DNA from: Cyanidioschyzon merolae
Taxonomy: Eukaryota
Assembly: GCA_000091205.1 (NCBI GenBank)
Contig: AP006497.2
Reading direction: 5' to 3' (one strand)
DNA length: 64,000 nt
Shown: one piece after another, positions 54,718 through 64,000 of the stretch
How positions within the stretch are numbered: position 1 is the first letter of the stretch
Layout: the number at the start of each line of letters is the position of its first letter
Program-made: the position numbers and the translations under genes
The notes under the pieces: model-generated
What the model was told of the DNA's origin: nothing
Databases searched by the model: none
Seen by the model: the letters and a program-made list of their open reading frames with translations, nothing else

Positions 54718-55383
54718 ATGATAACACTCCACTATTTGAACCAGTCGAGGGCGCTGAGAGTTTGGTGGCTACTAGAAGAACTTGAGGTTCCGTACGACGT
54801 CAAACGTTATCAACGCGATGAGACGACTATGCTTGCGCCCGCAGAGTTGAAGCGGGTTCACCCGCTTGGCAAGTCACCGGTCATAGAAGACGACGGGCAG
54901 GTGATCGCAGAGTCCGGTGCTATCATAGAGTACTTGACGGGAAAGTACGATAAGAAAGGTCTGGTTCCGCCGGCCGGAACACCTGAGCGGCTGAGGTACA
55001 CTTTCTGGTTACACTACGCAGAGGGGTCACTGATGCCGCCGCTGTTGCTCAAGCTGGTTTTTAACCGGCTGGCTACTGGCCCTTCACCGTGGATAGTGCG
55101 TCCTCTATTGCGCGTTATCTCGAGGCGTGTGCAGGAGAGCTTTGTGGACCCCCAGGTGCAACTGCACCTGGGTTACGTAGAACAGGAGCTTACCCGCTAT
55201 CGTTGGTTTGCAGGTGACCAGTTCACTGCTGCGGATATACAGATGGGCTTTCCTTTACTGGTGGCAAAGTCACAGAAAGCACTGGACGATCGCTATCCGC
55301 ATATTATGGATTTTCTAAAACGTATGCGGGAGCGTCCTGCATACCAAAGGGCGCTTGAAAAGAGCGGTGGCGATGAAATTTGA
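54718..55383 (+). CDS. glutathione S-transferase
   Basis: MITLHYLNQSRALRVWWLLEELEVPYDVKRY…LAPAELKRVHPLGKSPVIEDDGQVIAESGAIIEYL (thioredoxin-like N-domain with ESGAI) plus helical C-domain; the ORF extends upstream to 54538. Confidence 0.85.
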   Translation: MITLHYLNQSRALRVWWLLEELEVPYDVKRYQRDETTMLAPAELKRVHPLGKSPVIEDDGQVIAESGAIIEYLTGKYDKKGLVPPAGTPERLRYTFWLHYAEGSLMPPLLLKLVFNRLATGPSPWIVRPLLRVISRRVQESFVDPQVQLHLGYVEQELTRYRWFAGDQFTAADIQMGFPLLVAKSQKALDDRYPHIMDFLKRMRERPAYQRALEKSGGDEI

Positions 55384-56282
55384 AACGGGTAGGTAAGAAA
55401 GTACAGAATGCCCAAGTCCCGAGGTCTCGGCATATCCAGGCTAACGAGGACGCATCCATGCATACACGATGGCATGGAAGTACCTGCATAAGATGCTCGG
55501 CTTTCGAGTGTCTGGGAGTAAGTCGCTTTTTGAGGCGCGCGTGCATAGACTAGCTTGTACGTGTTTTCGAGTTCAGCCTTGGAAATCAATGCTTTCGACT
55601 GCGATTGCGCTTCTTTCTGGGCAAGTACATCATAGTCGAGTGGCTCTTGCATGATGGCGCTGTTGCATCGTTGCGAGGCTGGGTTTCTGCACCATCAAGT
55701 AGGTGTTTTCGCTTTTCAGCATGAATCTTCACCAACGGTGGTAAATGGGAAAAGCGAGCCAGCCTCTTGGCATAAGATCATTGAACAAAGACTGACGGGC
55801 GCGAGCGCCTCAGCTCAAAGGCACTCCATGAGCCTATCTTGGATGGAATTTGATTTCAGGTCTCTGTTTATGGTATGAGATAGTTGGACGGAGCGCTCAC
55901 CGGCATTAGTAGGTCGCACATGTCATTCACTCTACCTCCCGCATTCTTGCTCGGGAGCTATTCACGTTTTCGGGTTCACCAGAAGCGGCTTTCCGTGCGT
56001 CCAGAACCCAGCACCACGTTTGGCGATGCAGCTCTGGAGAGTGGAACTTCATCAGGATAGCCATGGGCAACTTTGGGAAGTTCCCTCCGCAACTTCGCTG
56101 GCATCGCAGTGCTTGGGTCTACCAGAGTGCGCGCTCGACTGGACGACACCAAGTACCGTTCTGCTCAGATGCAGAGCGTGCTTGCGAGAGCGTCACAGCA
56201 CTGCAGAGCATCCTGAGCAGAGCAGGTGCTACTGCAGCTCATCCGAAAACATCAGGGGACCTCGATTGCCACCGAGGGCTGA

Positions 56283-57983
56283 TCAGTCACGCTTTTCTCC
56301 TGATAAAGAATTCCAGATTAAAGAAAAATTGCGCACAAAGGCCTCCTGTGCCATACCACCGCCGTCACTGGAGTAGAGACTCTCGCGTGAGAGCGCCTCA
56401 TCCACGCTGGTTCCCTGTGTGATCCGCCAGCAGGCAATCATTGTGCCAGTACGTCCTATACCTGCTTTGCAGGATACATACAACGGCCAGTTGCTGGGTT
56501 CATTTACAAGTTGCACAAACTGCATAACTTGTTCCAACGTTGGCGCGCTGAAATCTTCAATATGGAAGCGTATCATGCGAACATCACCCCACGCCTCCTC
56601 GTGTGGCGCATTCCACTGGTTGCCTCGGTCGGTGCCACGCAAGTCGATGGTCACACGAACCCCGTAATCTCGAAGCCACTGGATACCTGCCGAGGTCGGT
56701 TGGCCGCCTCTCAATAAGCGGCGCGGAAGAACAACTTCGAAATTCGGAATGTCCGACGGACGCGGTCGCAGCAGCATCGACTCACCGTGCAGCGCTGGAG
56801 CCCGCTCCGGAATGAGCGTCGCGTAAGCCATGTCCTCCTCGAGCGCCTCCTGCAGCATGTCCAATGAATGCCGCACTGTAGATGGGGTCGGCAAACCGCT
56901 CGAGCGTTCTAGTTCTCCAAGATAATGCGCGAATGAACGAGCTGCCTGGAGCAGCCGAGACCTTCCCCGAACTCGATAGGTACCCAAATGCAACTGCGTG
57001 GCCGCGTCACGCAGCTCACACAAGTACCTCTTTGCGTTTTCATCTTGCTGGACCCAGTCCCACGATGCGCAGCTTAACTGGACCTCGTGCTGCAAAATTC
57101 GTAGCGAGAGCAACTCTAGCATGAGAAAGTTGTCCTGGACCAATAGTTGCAATGCGAAGAGCACAGTCTGATCCTGCTCCCTGAGGCGTGGTTGCACGTC
57201 ACCAGGTTCGGCGCCGGGGGATCCCCCAAGGGCGAGGCTCTCAAATCTATTGTCCATGAGGCAAGAACGCAGCTGCTCGACAAGCATCTGGAGCACTCTC
57301 GGCGGATTGTTCGGCTCAAGCAAGCACCGCAGTTGCCATAGCTTCTCCCTCATAGCCGACTTTGTTTGCGGAATACCGGCGCGAAAGCCAGGATTTTTGG
57401 AATACTCCTGCAAAAGCTGTGCGTCTCGCTTGAGCGCTTCGAGCAGAGGTTCCAACTGCTCAAGGACCTCGTCTCCCACGGGAACTCTGCACTCGTTACG
57501 AAGCCGACTAACCAAGTCCTCCGTCAAGAGTCGTAACAGCTGAACCTTGGCCTGCAAGACCTTAGCAGCAAGCTCTTCTTCTTTATCGGAACTATGATGT
57601 TTCGCCCGAAGCAGCTCGCCTGCAACGTGCTCCAGCTCCTGGCGCAGCGGCAGTAGTTGTGACGTGGGCGCTACCAGCCAGCGTGCCTCAGCTTCCTGGG
57701 CCATATAGACCCTGGCTCGCGGGAGCGGGCGCGAATCCCGAAAGCGGCTCCCTTGTACTGCTCTTCGCTGCCGTTTTCTCACAACATACGAGTCAGGTGC
57801 CGGTTCCGGGCAACACTCAGTTGAAACAGGCAACTTCTGCAGTGCAGTGCGTGCCGATGGTGCCTCCACGAGCTCGGGCCCGAAGCAGGAAGCCGCTCGA
57901 GCAACTCCACGTAACGAGCTTACTGGTTTCCAAGCAAAAACAGGCACAGCGAACATGCAGCAGACGGTGGCCCGATTCAGCAC
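56283..57983 (-). CDS. protein with C-terminal tyrosine/dual-specificity phosphatase domain (Cx5R P-loop) and a ~400 aa helical N-terminal region of unknown function
   Basis: …PNFEVVLPRRLLRGGQPT…VRVTIDLRG…VSCKAGIGRTGTMIACW (HC-x5-R active-site signature). Confidence 0.6.
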   Translation of the reverse strand: MLNRATVCCMFAVPVFAWKPVSSLRGVARAASCFGPELVEAPSARTALQKLPVSTECCPEPAPDSYVVRKRQRRAVQGSRFRDSRPLPRARVYMAQEAEARWLVAPTSQLLPLRQELEHVAGELLRAKHHSSDKEEELAAKVLQAKVQLLRLLTEDLVSRLRNECRVPVGDEVLEQLEPLLEALKRDAQLLQEYSKNPGFRAGIPQTKSAMREKLWQLRCLLEPNNPPRVLQMLVEQLRSCLMDNRFESLALGGSPGAEPGDVQPRLREQDQTVLFALQLLVQDNFLMLELLSLRILQHEVQLSCASWDWVQQDENAKRYLCELRDAATQLHLGTYRVRGRSRLLQAARSFAHYLGELERSSGLPTPSTVRHSLDMLQEALEEDMAYATLIPERAPALHGESMLLRPRPSDIPNFEVVLPRRLLRGGQPTSAGIQWLRDYGVRVTIDLRGTDRGNQWNAPHEEAWGDVRMIRFHIEDFSAPTLEQVMQFVQLVNEPSNWPLYVSCKAGIGRTGTMIACWRITQGTSVDEALSRESLYSSDGGGMAQEAFVRNFSLIWNSLSGEKRD

Positions 57984-58099
57984 GTGATTTATGCTACACA
58001 GGTTTCACTTGCGGTTGGTTGTTTCCACGGACGCGGCAGAGTAGATTTACGAGATTGCTTCAATTGTTCGCGAGTCGCCATCTGTCGCTACGCGATTCA

Positions 58100-58440
58100 C
58101 CGGCAGCATCGCGGAAAGTGTCCATATATGCTTGCAAGGAGGAACGCACACGCCGACATCGCGGATCGATGCTTTTGACGCCGTATCGATCGCGATGGTG
58201 ATGCGTCTTTCTGTGTGGAACATGTCCATATATGCTTGCAAGGAGGAACGTACACGCCGACATCGCGGATCGATGCTTTTGACGCCGTATCGATCGCGAT
58301 GGTGATGCGTCTTTCTGTGTGGAACATGTCCATATATGCTTGCAAGGAGGAACGTACACCCCGACATCGCGGATCGATGCTTTTGACGCCGTATCGATCG
58401 CGATGGTGATGCGTCTTTCTGTGTGGAACATGTCTTTGTA
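58100..58440. repeat. tandem repeat, 104-bp unit x ~3.3
   Basis: unit catgtccatatatgcttgcaaggaggaacgtacacgccgacatcgcggatcgatgcttttgacgccgtatcgatcgcgatggtgatgcgtctttctgtgtggaa at 58123, 58227 and 58331. Confidence 0.9.
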
Positions 58441-59436
58441 TGCTTACAAGGAGTAGTGCAGACCCAGGCATTTTAAAGAAATCCAGTGAGCATTCGACAA
58501 AAGACTCACATTCATAATAGCTCGATTCGTGTCTTGCGCTCCTTTCGATGAAATTGAACCTCTTCGCAAGATCGCCGTCTCTTTTCGAGAATGATTTTGA
58601 GTCGACCACCCCGGAGCTTTTCGATTAAAGCCTATTGCTACCCTGGTGCGCCTATTTACTGCATCGATTGCACAGGCATCCGAATAATCTCTAGCTCCGG
58701 AGAAGCGCACAGACTCGTGGACTCTGTAGAGACGACACCGCCTATGCAAGACTTGACCATATTTCAGATTATCTGACGTGCATCGCAGCAGCTCGAATAG
58801 CCGTGATTCAGCGACGTTGCAAATTCATGGCTCCCGTGGTATCACGAGGTGGGTTCCAGGACACACGTGCGCCCAAAAATGTTTACAACTCTCGTCAGCT
58901 GCTAGCCGCACTATTGCAGACAACTTGCCAGGGGCATCGCCCTCTCGCGGAATCAATCAGCCAACAGTCGTCCGCGTTCGCTGGATTATACTCTGGTAGG
59001 TCAAGGCGATTCGGTTTGTTTCGACTGGAATTGAACGCAATCCATATAAGTTCCCCATCGGATTTCCTGGGATTTGCACGCTGAAGAAAACATAGCGTGC
59101 GAAGCATCCGTCGATCATTAGCGTCATGGCGGCAAACTGTATCGCCCATGTCAAATCTGGCGCAAGGCGCGCTTCGTCTTGCTGCTCATGTTGCTACAGT
59201 CGCAAGTAGACACATCCCAGAACTTAAACCATATGAGCGAACGAGGTATACGTTCCTGGTTACCGCACAGCAGCACTGGTACAAGATCGCTTGTCATCTG
59301 CAAAAAGCGCTGGCTGGCGCGCCGGAGTCCTCTCTGCGCCTGGCCAGGGCGACGACACGACACGTTGCCCAGAGACTGCACAGCATAACAACGCAATAAC
59401 GCATTTTGAGGATTGATGTTGCACCTTGTAACAATC

Positions 59437-61629
59437 TCACGGCTCGTCTCGTGCTCGAAACTGACGAAACGCATCCAGTTCCCTGCAGCACAGTAGGAGC
59501 GCATGATCAGTCGAGCGTCCATCTTCCGTTATCGAGTCAAGGCATTGTCCACGACGCCGGCTCGAACGGGTTTCAGAATTCGTCGGAGAATCCATCGCAA
59601 ACGTGGTCGAGTCTTGCCGAACAGGTATGGAGGCAGCGGTGTAGGCCAAGAAACTCCGCTCGCCTAAAATAGCAAGGGCGCGGCGTTTGTCTGTCTCACG
59701 AAAGCGAACGATACCACGAACCTGATCGATGGTCGGAGTGCATTCCGCCAAACCTAGCAGTGACTGGTCAAGCTGGACGCTCTTTTCGGCAAATGCTCCA
59801 AACTGCTTTCGTTCAAGCATGCGGGTCAACACTTGTTCGACATCGATGCCCTCCACGATGTTTCGCTGTTCTCCGTCTTGATTTGCTGGTGCGTCCTTTG
59901 TGGACAGAGCCCCGCAACAAGCGTCAATTCTCGGTATAGGTGGCGAAACAAGACACCTCAAATCCTCTATATGGAGAGCATCACAGTGCTGTGCGAGTGC
60001 GTGTAGGTTGTGTTCCGCTATAGCCTGGTAGAAATGGTGACCACGCTGATGGGGCCGCAGATACTCGTTCGCCACGTAGCAATAGTCTTCGAGCCATTGT
60101 GGCACTTGTTGCGAAGAGCGTAAGACGTCGTCCGGATTTCCTGCTCTCACAAGGGGCCACCGAATCGTCCGGCCTGCAAGTAGATGATCGAGCAGAGCGA
60201 ACGGAGCGCGATATAGGTAGGCGTCGTACGCGCGCTCTACCCGCATATGTGAGACCCAAAGCGAGGCAGTAGCACTACGAAAAGCACATTTTTGAAGATA
60301 CCTCAAGAGTCTATGGCGCAGCGCATCAGCAGGGCTGAGAACACACGAGCAAAATGCCCTTCGAAATACGCTCGCAAATAGAATCTCGACTGCTTCAGCG
60401 TCCGTGATCCGATGAAAACGCGCTCCGAAAGGCGCACCATTCCTGCCGCGTAAAGTTCCTGCCTCCGGTTCAGAGCTGGCAAGCGATGACAACACCCTGG
60501 ACGCCGCTGGGGCCCGTGCAATCGCAGTGACCGCAGACGGCCCCGGTTTTTCAACCCAAACCTGACTGCCGGTTCCGTCGTGTGCCCTGCATCCGTTCGC
60601 AGTTTCCTGTAGGCGCAGCAGAAAAGCATCGAGACCGAAGACCACTGCGACGTACTGAAGTGCCGCACGGCTGTACTGGGCCCTGGCTTCTGCGATACGT
60701 CCCTGGCAAAGGCTCTGGGCCAAAACGAAACCGATATCCTCCCAGGTTTCCAGCGTGAGCCCCTGGACACCTAGGTAACGACCAATACAGCGTGGAGAAC
60801 TGAGCGGTGCTCCTGTGGCAACGAGTTCACTAAGCGCCGTCGACAGCTTCGACACCTCTTCGTGACGCCCCTTAGCAAGCTCGCTCTCCGCGAGTTGGGT
60901 GAACGACTCGCTTCTCGGTACCGATGCCGGAAACGAGAAATCATTCCGCTCCTGCAGCTTCTCCCATAGATTTAGGAATAGTAGTGCTCTGATAATTCGT
61001 ATCCGGTATGGATCCGCAATAACCTTCCAGAGCGCGTGTACGTGGGAGATCTCACCAGATTTCGGGTAAGGTTCAAGCATCGACAACGCAGAACTCCATC
61101 TCTGTTCCCTGTTCGTGGAGCGTGGTCTGTTTTGCCTGCAGAATACATGCCGTCGAAAGGCCAGAACATCATCCATCACATCCAATGACTGTTGCCAGCA
61201 TCCATTTTCCGCGTACCGCTCGACAAGGTACAGTTTGAGCACCTGAGTTACAAGTGTCACATCAGAAGAAAACCTCGTGTCCAAGGTTTGCTCTAGTTCA
61301 TGAACAAGCTGTTCAAGGGATGATGCGGAAAACGCACCGGTGGTGTTTATTCCGTCAAAGGTCGCATCAGAGCCGCACAGAACGCCAAGCCAGCCTGCTG
61401 GAGGCAGCTCCTGCAGCAGCCGTTCCGCAAAGTGGCCAGCAATGCCACCTGCACAGCTTTGATTAGGTTCCGCCACTTCCAGAGCCTTTCTCAGTAGGTT
61501 TATCAGCGGTTTCCATAGGGTATCCAAATAATCAACTTCGGTACTCTCTTCTCCATTTCGGAAGCGCCTAAGAAGTGAAGAAAGCTCATCAAGGTTGCGC
61601 GACACAGATAGTTCAGGCTCCACGTCCAT
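59437..61629 (-). CDS. hypothetical large alpha-helical protein (730 aa)
   Basis: long ORF, coding-like composition; no motif I can assign. Confidence 0.4.
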   Translation of the reverse strand: MDVEPELSVSRNLDELSSLLRRFRNGEESTEVDYLDTLWKPLINLLRKALEVAEPNQSCAGGIAGHFAERLLQELPPAGWLGVLCGSDATFDGINTTGAFSASSLEQLVHELEQTLDTRFSSDVTLVTQVLKLYLVERYAENGCWQQSLDVMDDVLAFRRHVFCRQNRPRSTNREQRWSSALSMLEPYPKSGEISHVHALWKVIADPYRIRIIRALLFLNLWEKLQERNDFSFPASVPRSESFTQLAESELAKGRHEEVSKLSTALSELVATGAPLSSPRCIGRYLGVQGLTLETWEDIGFVLAQSLCQGRIAEARAQYSRAALQYVAVVFGLDAFLLRLQETANGCRAHDGTGSQVWVEKPGPSAVTAIARAPAASRVLSSLASSEPEAGTLRGRNGAPFGARFHRITDAEAVEILFASVFRRAFCSCVLSPADALRHRLLRYLQKCAFRSATASLWVSHMRVERAYDAYLYRAPFALLDHLLAGRTIRWPLVRAGNPDDVLRSSQQVPQWLEDYCYVANEYLRPHQRGHHFYQAIAEHNLHALAQHCDALHIEDLRCLVSPPIPRIDACCGALSTKDAPANQDGEQRNIVEGIDVEQVLTRMLERKQFGAFAEKSVQLDQSLLGLAECTPTIDQVRGIVRFRETDKRRALAILGERSFLAYTAASIPVRQDSTTFAMDSPTNSETRSSRRRGQCLDSITEDGRSTDHALLLCCRELDAFRQFRARDEP

Positions 61630-61983
61630 ATTCTATTTCAAAACAAACAGAAGTTCACACCCGTACAGATGGGCGTTCACTAGCAATACTCCGCCTGCTA
61701 TTCCTGTCGGACGCCAGGCCCCGAAACAAGGATGAGTCCTTGGGATTCTTCGGCAGCTTTTCCGAAGCTGCCACCAGCCTCTGGGACCCTGAGACGCGTG
61801 CCGGGTTGGCACTCACTCCACCACGGTTCGCTGCCTCTATTGCCTGCTTGTCGAAAGCCTGCCTGGGGATACGGCAAAAGCTGCTACACAACTCTAGAGC
61901 CTGCGTTGTCTTCGGCCCACTGGGTCAGTCGCTGCAGAACATTGCAAAGCAGCTGAAAGCGGACGCAGTGCACCCAGGAAGCT

Positions 61984-63654
61984 GTGGGCGAGCTGCACGC
62001 TTCAATCCAATCTGAAACCGTTGACGCGGGCGATAGCTGTAAACGCCCGACTAGAGCGACTTGGACTGCCATGGTTTACGCTCCGCTACCGCAGATTCTG
62101 CGGCGAGCAGTGGTTTGCAAACAGGAAACGTGTTTGAGTGTACTGCAGGGGTTTCGCAGCTTTAAGCGTGGACAGCATCTTTTGCTTGCGGAGACACGGT
62201 TCCGACCGGGGTTCCGACCGGCCTCGCACAAGCTCGAATCAGCTCAAAAGTTGCGGAACGAGATGAACTGGTTGCAACGCCCCAAAGGACAGGGACAGAT
62301 GTTTTGCACCGAAGCCGCCTCGAGTTCGCAGGAGAGTTCAGCCGCGAACTCGATGATTCCGCGAGTCTCCATCGCGGACTACTCTTACGAACTTCCTCCG
62401 GAGCGGATCGCCCAGTACCCGTTACCACTGCGCGATCATGCCCGCTTATTCGTGTTTGATCCTCAGCAAGGCATGCAGCATCGATTCTTTTACGACTTAC
62501 CGAGCCTGCTGCCACCCGAGAGTGTGCTCGTTGGGAACGACTCACGCGTCATCGCTGCGCGGCTACTGCTTCGTCGTGCTCCGCCCCAGACAGACTCATC
62601 TCCGCAGGCGCCCTGTGCGGCGCGTCTCGTTGAAGTTCTGTGCTTGGAACCCATCGTACCCAGCACTGACCCTGCCGTTGTCCTCAGCTGTCGCGAGCCA
62701 CCGGTGGAATGGGCATGTTGGATCGGCGGCAGGCGTGTGTTCCCCGGACTCGAGTTGCGGGGTGAGCATTTGAGAGCTCGAATTCTAGAGCGAGCAGGTC
62801 AGGAGGGCACTGTTCGTTTCGATTGGGAGCCAACGACAGCGTGTTTGAGTTTCGGTGAGCTCCTCGAGCGTGAAGGTCGGACACCGCTCCCTCCGTATCT
62901 GAACAGGGATGACACTCCGCGGGATCGCAGCGACTACCAGACCGTGTTTGCCCGGGAATCGGGGTCAGTCGCTGCACCGACTGCTGGACTGCACTTCAGC
63001 GAGGAGCTGATCAAGAAGCACTTTGAAAAACGATTCATCCGGTTTACGCTTCATGTAGGTGCGGGGACGTTTGCACCGGTAAAAGCGGCTGATATTGGTG
63101 ACCATATCATGCACCGTGAGCGAATCATTGTCCGGCGGGAGCAGCTCGTACAGCTCATTCGGGCTGTGGAGAGCGCGTCCCCGTTGGTGGCTGTCGGCAC
63201 GACCACGGTACGCATCTTGGAGAGCCTCTACTGGTACGGGTCCGCTCTATGTCGGCCAGGTGCGAAGCGAGCGCACCGAGGCGCGGCGGCTGCATTTGAC
63301 GAGCATTTGAGCTTTGTGGTCGAGCAGTGGGACCCCTATGTCCGCTCCGGTGACGTTCCCGTGGAGCATGCGTTGAGCGCTGTTCTCGACGTACTGGAGA
63401 GGAATCGCGCTTCTGAGATTCATGGATACACGAGTCTCATCATTGTTCCTGGCTATTCATTCCGGGTGGTTGATGCGCTGATCACCAACTTTCACCAACC
63501 GCGATCTACACTGCTGTTGCTCGTGGCTGCATTCTTACCGGGCGGCCGCGAAACACTCTTCCGCATCTACCACGAGGCACTGGCGCGATCCTATCGTTTC
63601 CTTTCCTATGGTGACGCCTCGTTGCTATGGAGGAAATCCGTTCAAGGCAGATAG
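61984..63654 (+). CDS. queA: S-adenosylmethionine:tRNA ribosyltransferase-isomerase (QueA), with ~120 aa N-terminal extension (organellar presequence likely)
   Basis: …DYSYELPPERIAQYPLPLRDHARLFV…TAGLHFSEELIKK…FTLHVGAGTFAPV…GTTTVR are QueA signatures; the bacterial-type core begins near 62330. Confidence 0.85.
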   Translation: MGELHASIQSETVDAGDSCKRPTRATWTAMVYAPLPQILRRAVVCKQETCLSVLQGFRSFKRGQHLLLAETRFRPGFRPASHKLESAQKLRNEMNWLQRPKGQGQMFCTEAASSSQESSAANSMIPRVSIADYSYELPPERIAQYPLPLRDHARLFVFDPQQGMQHRFFYDLPSLLPPESVLVGNDSRVIAARLLLRRAPPQTDSSPQAPCAARLVEVLCLEPIVPSTDPAVVLSCREPPVEWACWIGGRRVFPGLELRGEHLRARILERAGQEGTVRFDWEPTTACLSFGELLEREGRTPLPPYLNRDDTPRDRSDYQTVFARESGSVAAPTAGLHFSEELIKKHFEKRFIRFTLHVGAGTFAPVKAADIGDHIMHRERIIVRREQLVQLIRAVESASPLVAVGTTTVRILESLYWYGSALCRPGAKRAHRGAAAAFDEHLSFVVEQWDPYVRSGDVPVEHALSAVLDVLERNRASEIHGYTSLIIVPGYSFRVVDALITNFHQPRSTLLLLVAAFLPGGRETLFRIYHEALARSYRFLSYGDASLLWRKSVQGR

Positions 63655-64000
63655 CGGCAGCGAAGCGAAGCAATTGTCGTCCGGGGAGATCTGACTTGCT
63701 ATCTTGATAGATCAGGTGGCGCTGCAGACATGCAGGGTTCCGGCAGCCGCTGCGCAGCACAATGCCAGAGTAGATTTTTTGGTAACACCAGAGTGAAACT
63801 AGCGAGCACCACACATCTGCAGGAAGCGAAACAGGTGTGCATGTTTTTGAGACAAGGGCGATATCTAGAGCGCCCTCTCGGTGCTGCCTGCTGGCGCTAC
63901 TCGTATCTGGAGCACGTCAACCGGCACCAGCATCGCAATGCACCCCAGAGAAGCGAGCTTCCAGCGACGGCTCGCTTCTGGACCCCTGTGACAGATTAGA

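Noticed and set aside
1-64000. Genome-wide stop-codon reassignment (TGA as sense) to explain the two in-frame TGAs
   Set aside because: TGA terminates cyclophilin (…ASCGQL) and RPL18A at their canonical ends, and TAG terminates RPL7 and RpiA normally.
1-64000. Prokaryotic origin (QueA, Ycf48, RpiA, GST present)
   Set aside because: Eukaryote-specific ribosomal proteins eL20 and uL30 (long form), ESCRT-II, Clp1, PriS, Tim23 and an SLC25 carrier are all present; the bacterial-type genes are the organelle-targeted complement.

Overview
This window is nuclear DNA from a eukaryote. It is moderately GC-rich (roughly 55-60%), gene-dense, and the genes appear intronless. The eukaryotic assignment rests on cytosolic ribosomal proteins uL30/L7 and eL20/L18a, ESCRT-II Vps22, Clp1, the DNA primase small subunit, Tim23, a CSN7-like PCI protein and an SLC25 mitochondrial carrier.

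Several genes are plastid-type and carry long N-terminal presequences: HCF136/Ycf48 with a twin-arginine lumen signal, QueA, RpiA, a PEP-mutase/isocitrate-lyase-family enzyme and an inositol-dehydrogenase-like oxidoreductase. This points to an intron-poor photosynthetic eukaryote. A cyanidialean red-alga-like genome is one possibility, but that is inference only. Genes alternate strand frequently, and two convergent pairs end 23-52 bp apart.

Accessory content:
- A degenerate non-LTR (LINE) retrotransposon at ~3.7-7.3 kb with a frameshifted RT, plus at least four 5'-truncated copies of its 3' region. Two of these copies lie directly upstream of genes in the same orientation.
- A ~2 kb AT-richer island at ~7.3-9.7 kb. 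It holds a single long reading frame with the hallmark C-terminal motifs of TnpB/Fanzor (OrfB_IS605-type RuvC-III). The frame is broken only by three in-frame TAA/TAG stops, all consistent with C-to-T decay.
- Three palindrome-rich minisatellites: a 100/200-bp higher-order array of ~10 units immediately upstream of a gene, an 82-bp x4 array and a 104-bp x3 array.
- (ATGGTG)n and other microsatellites that create spurious poly-His ORFs.
- Two conserved-looking genes, each interrupted by a single in-frame TGA.

No prokaryotic defence system or CRISPR array is present.
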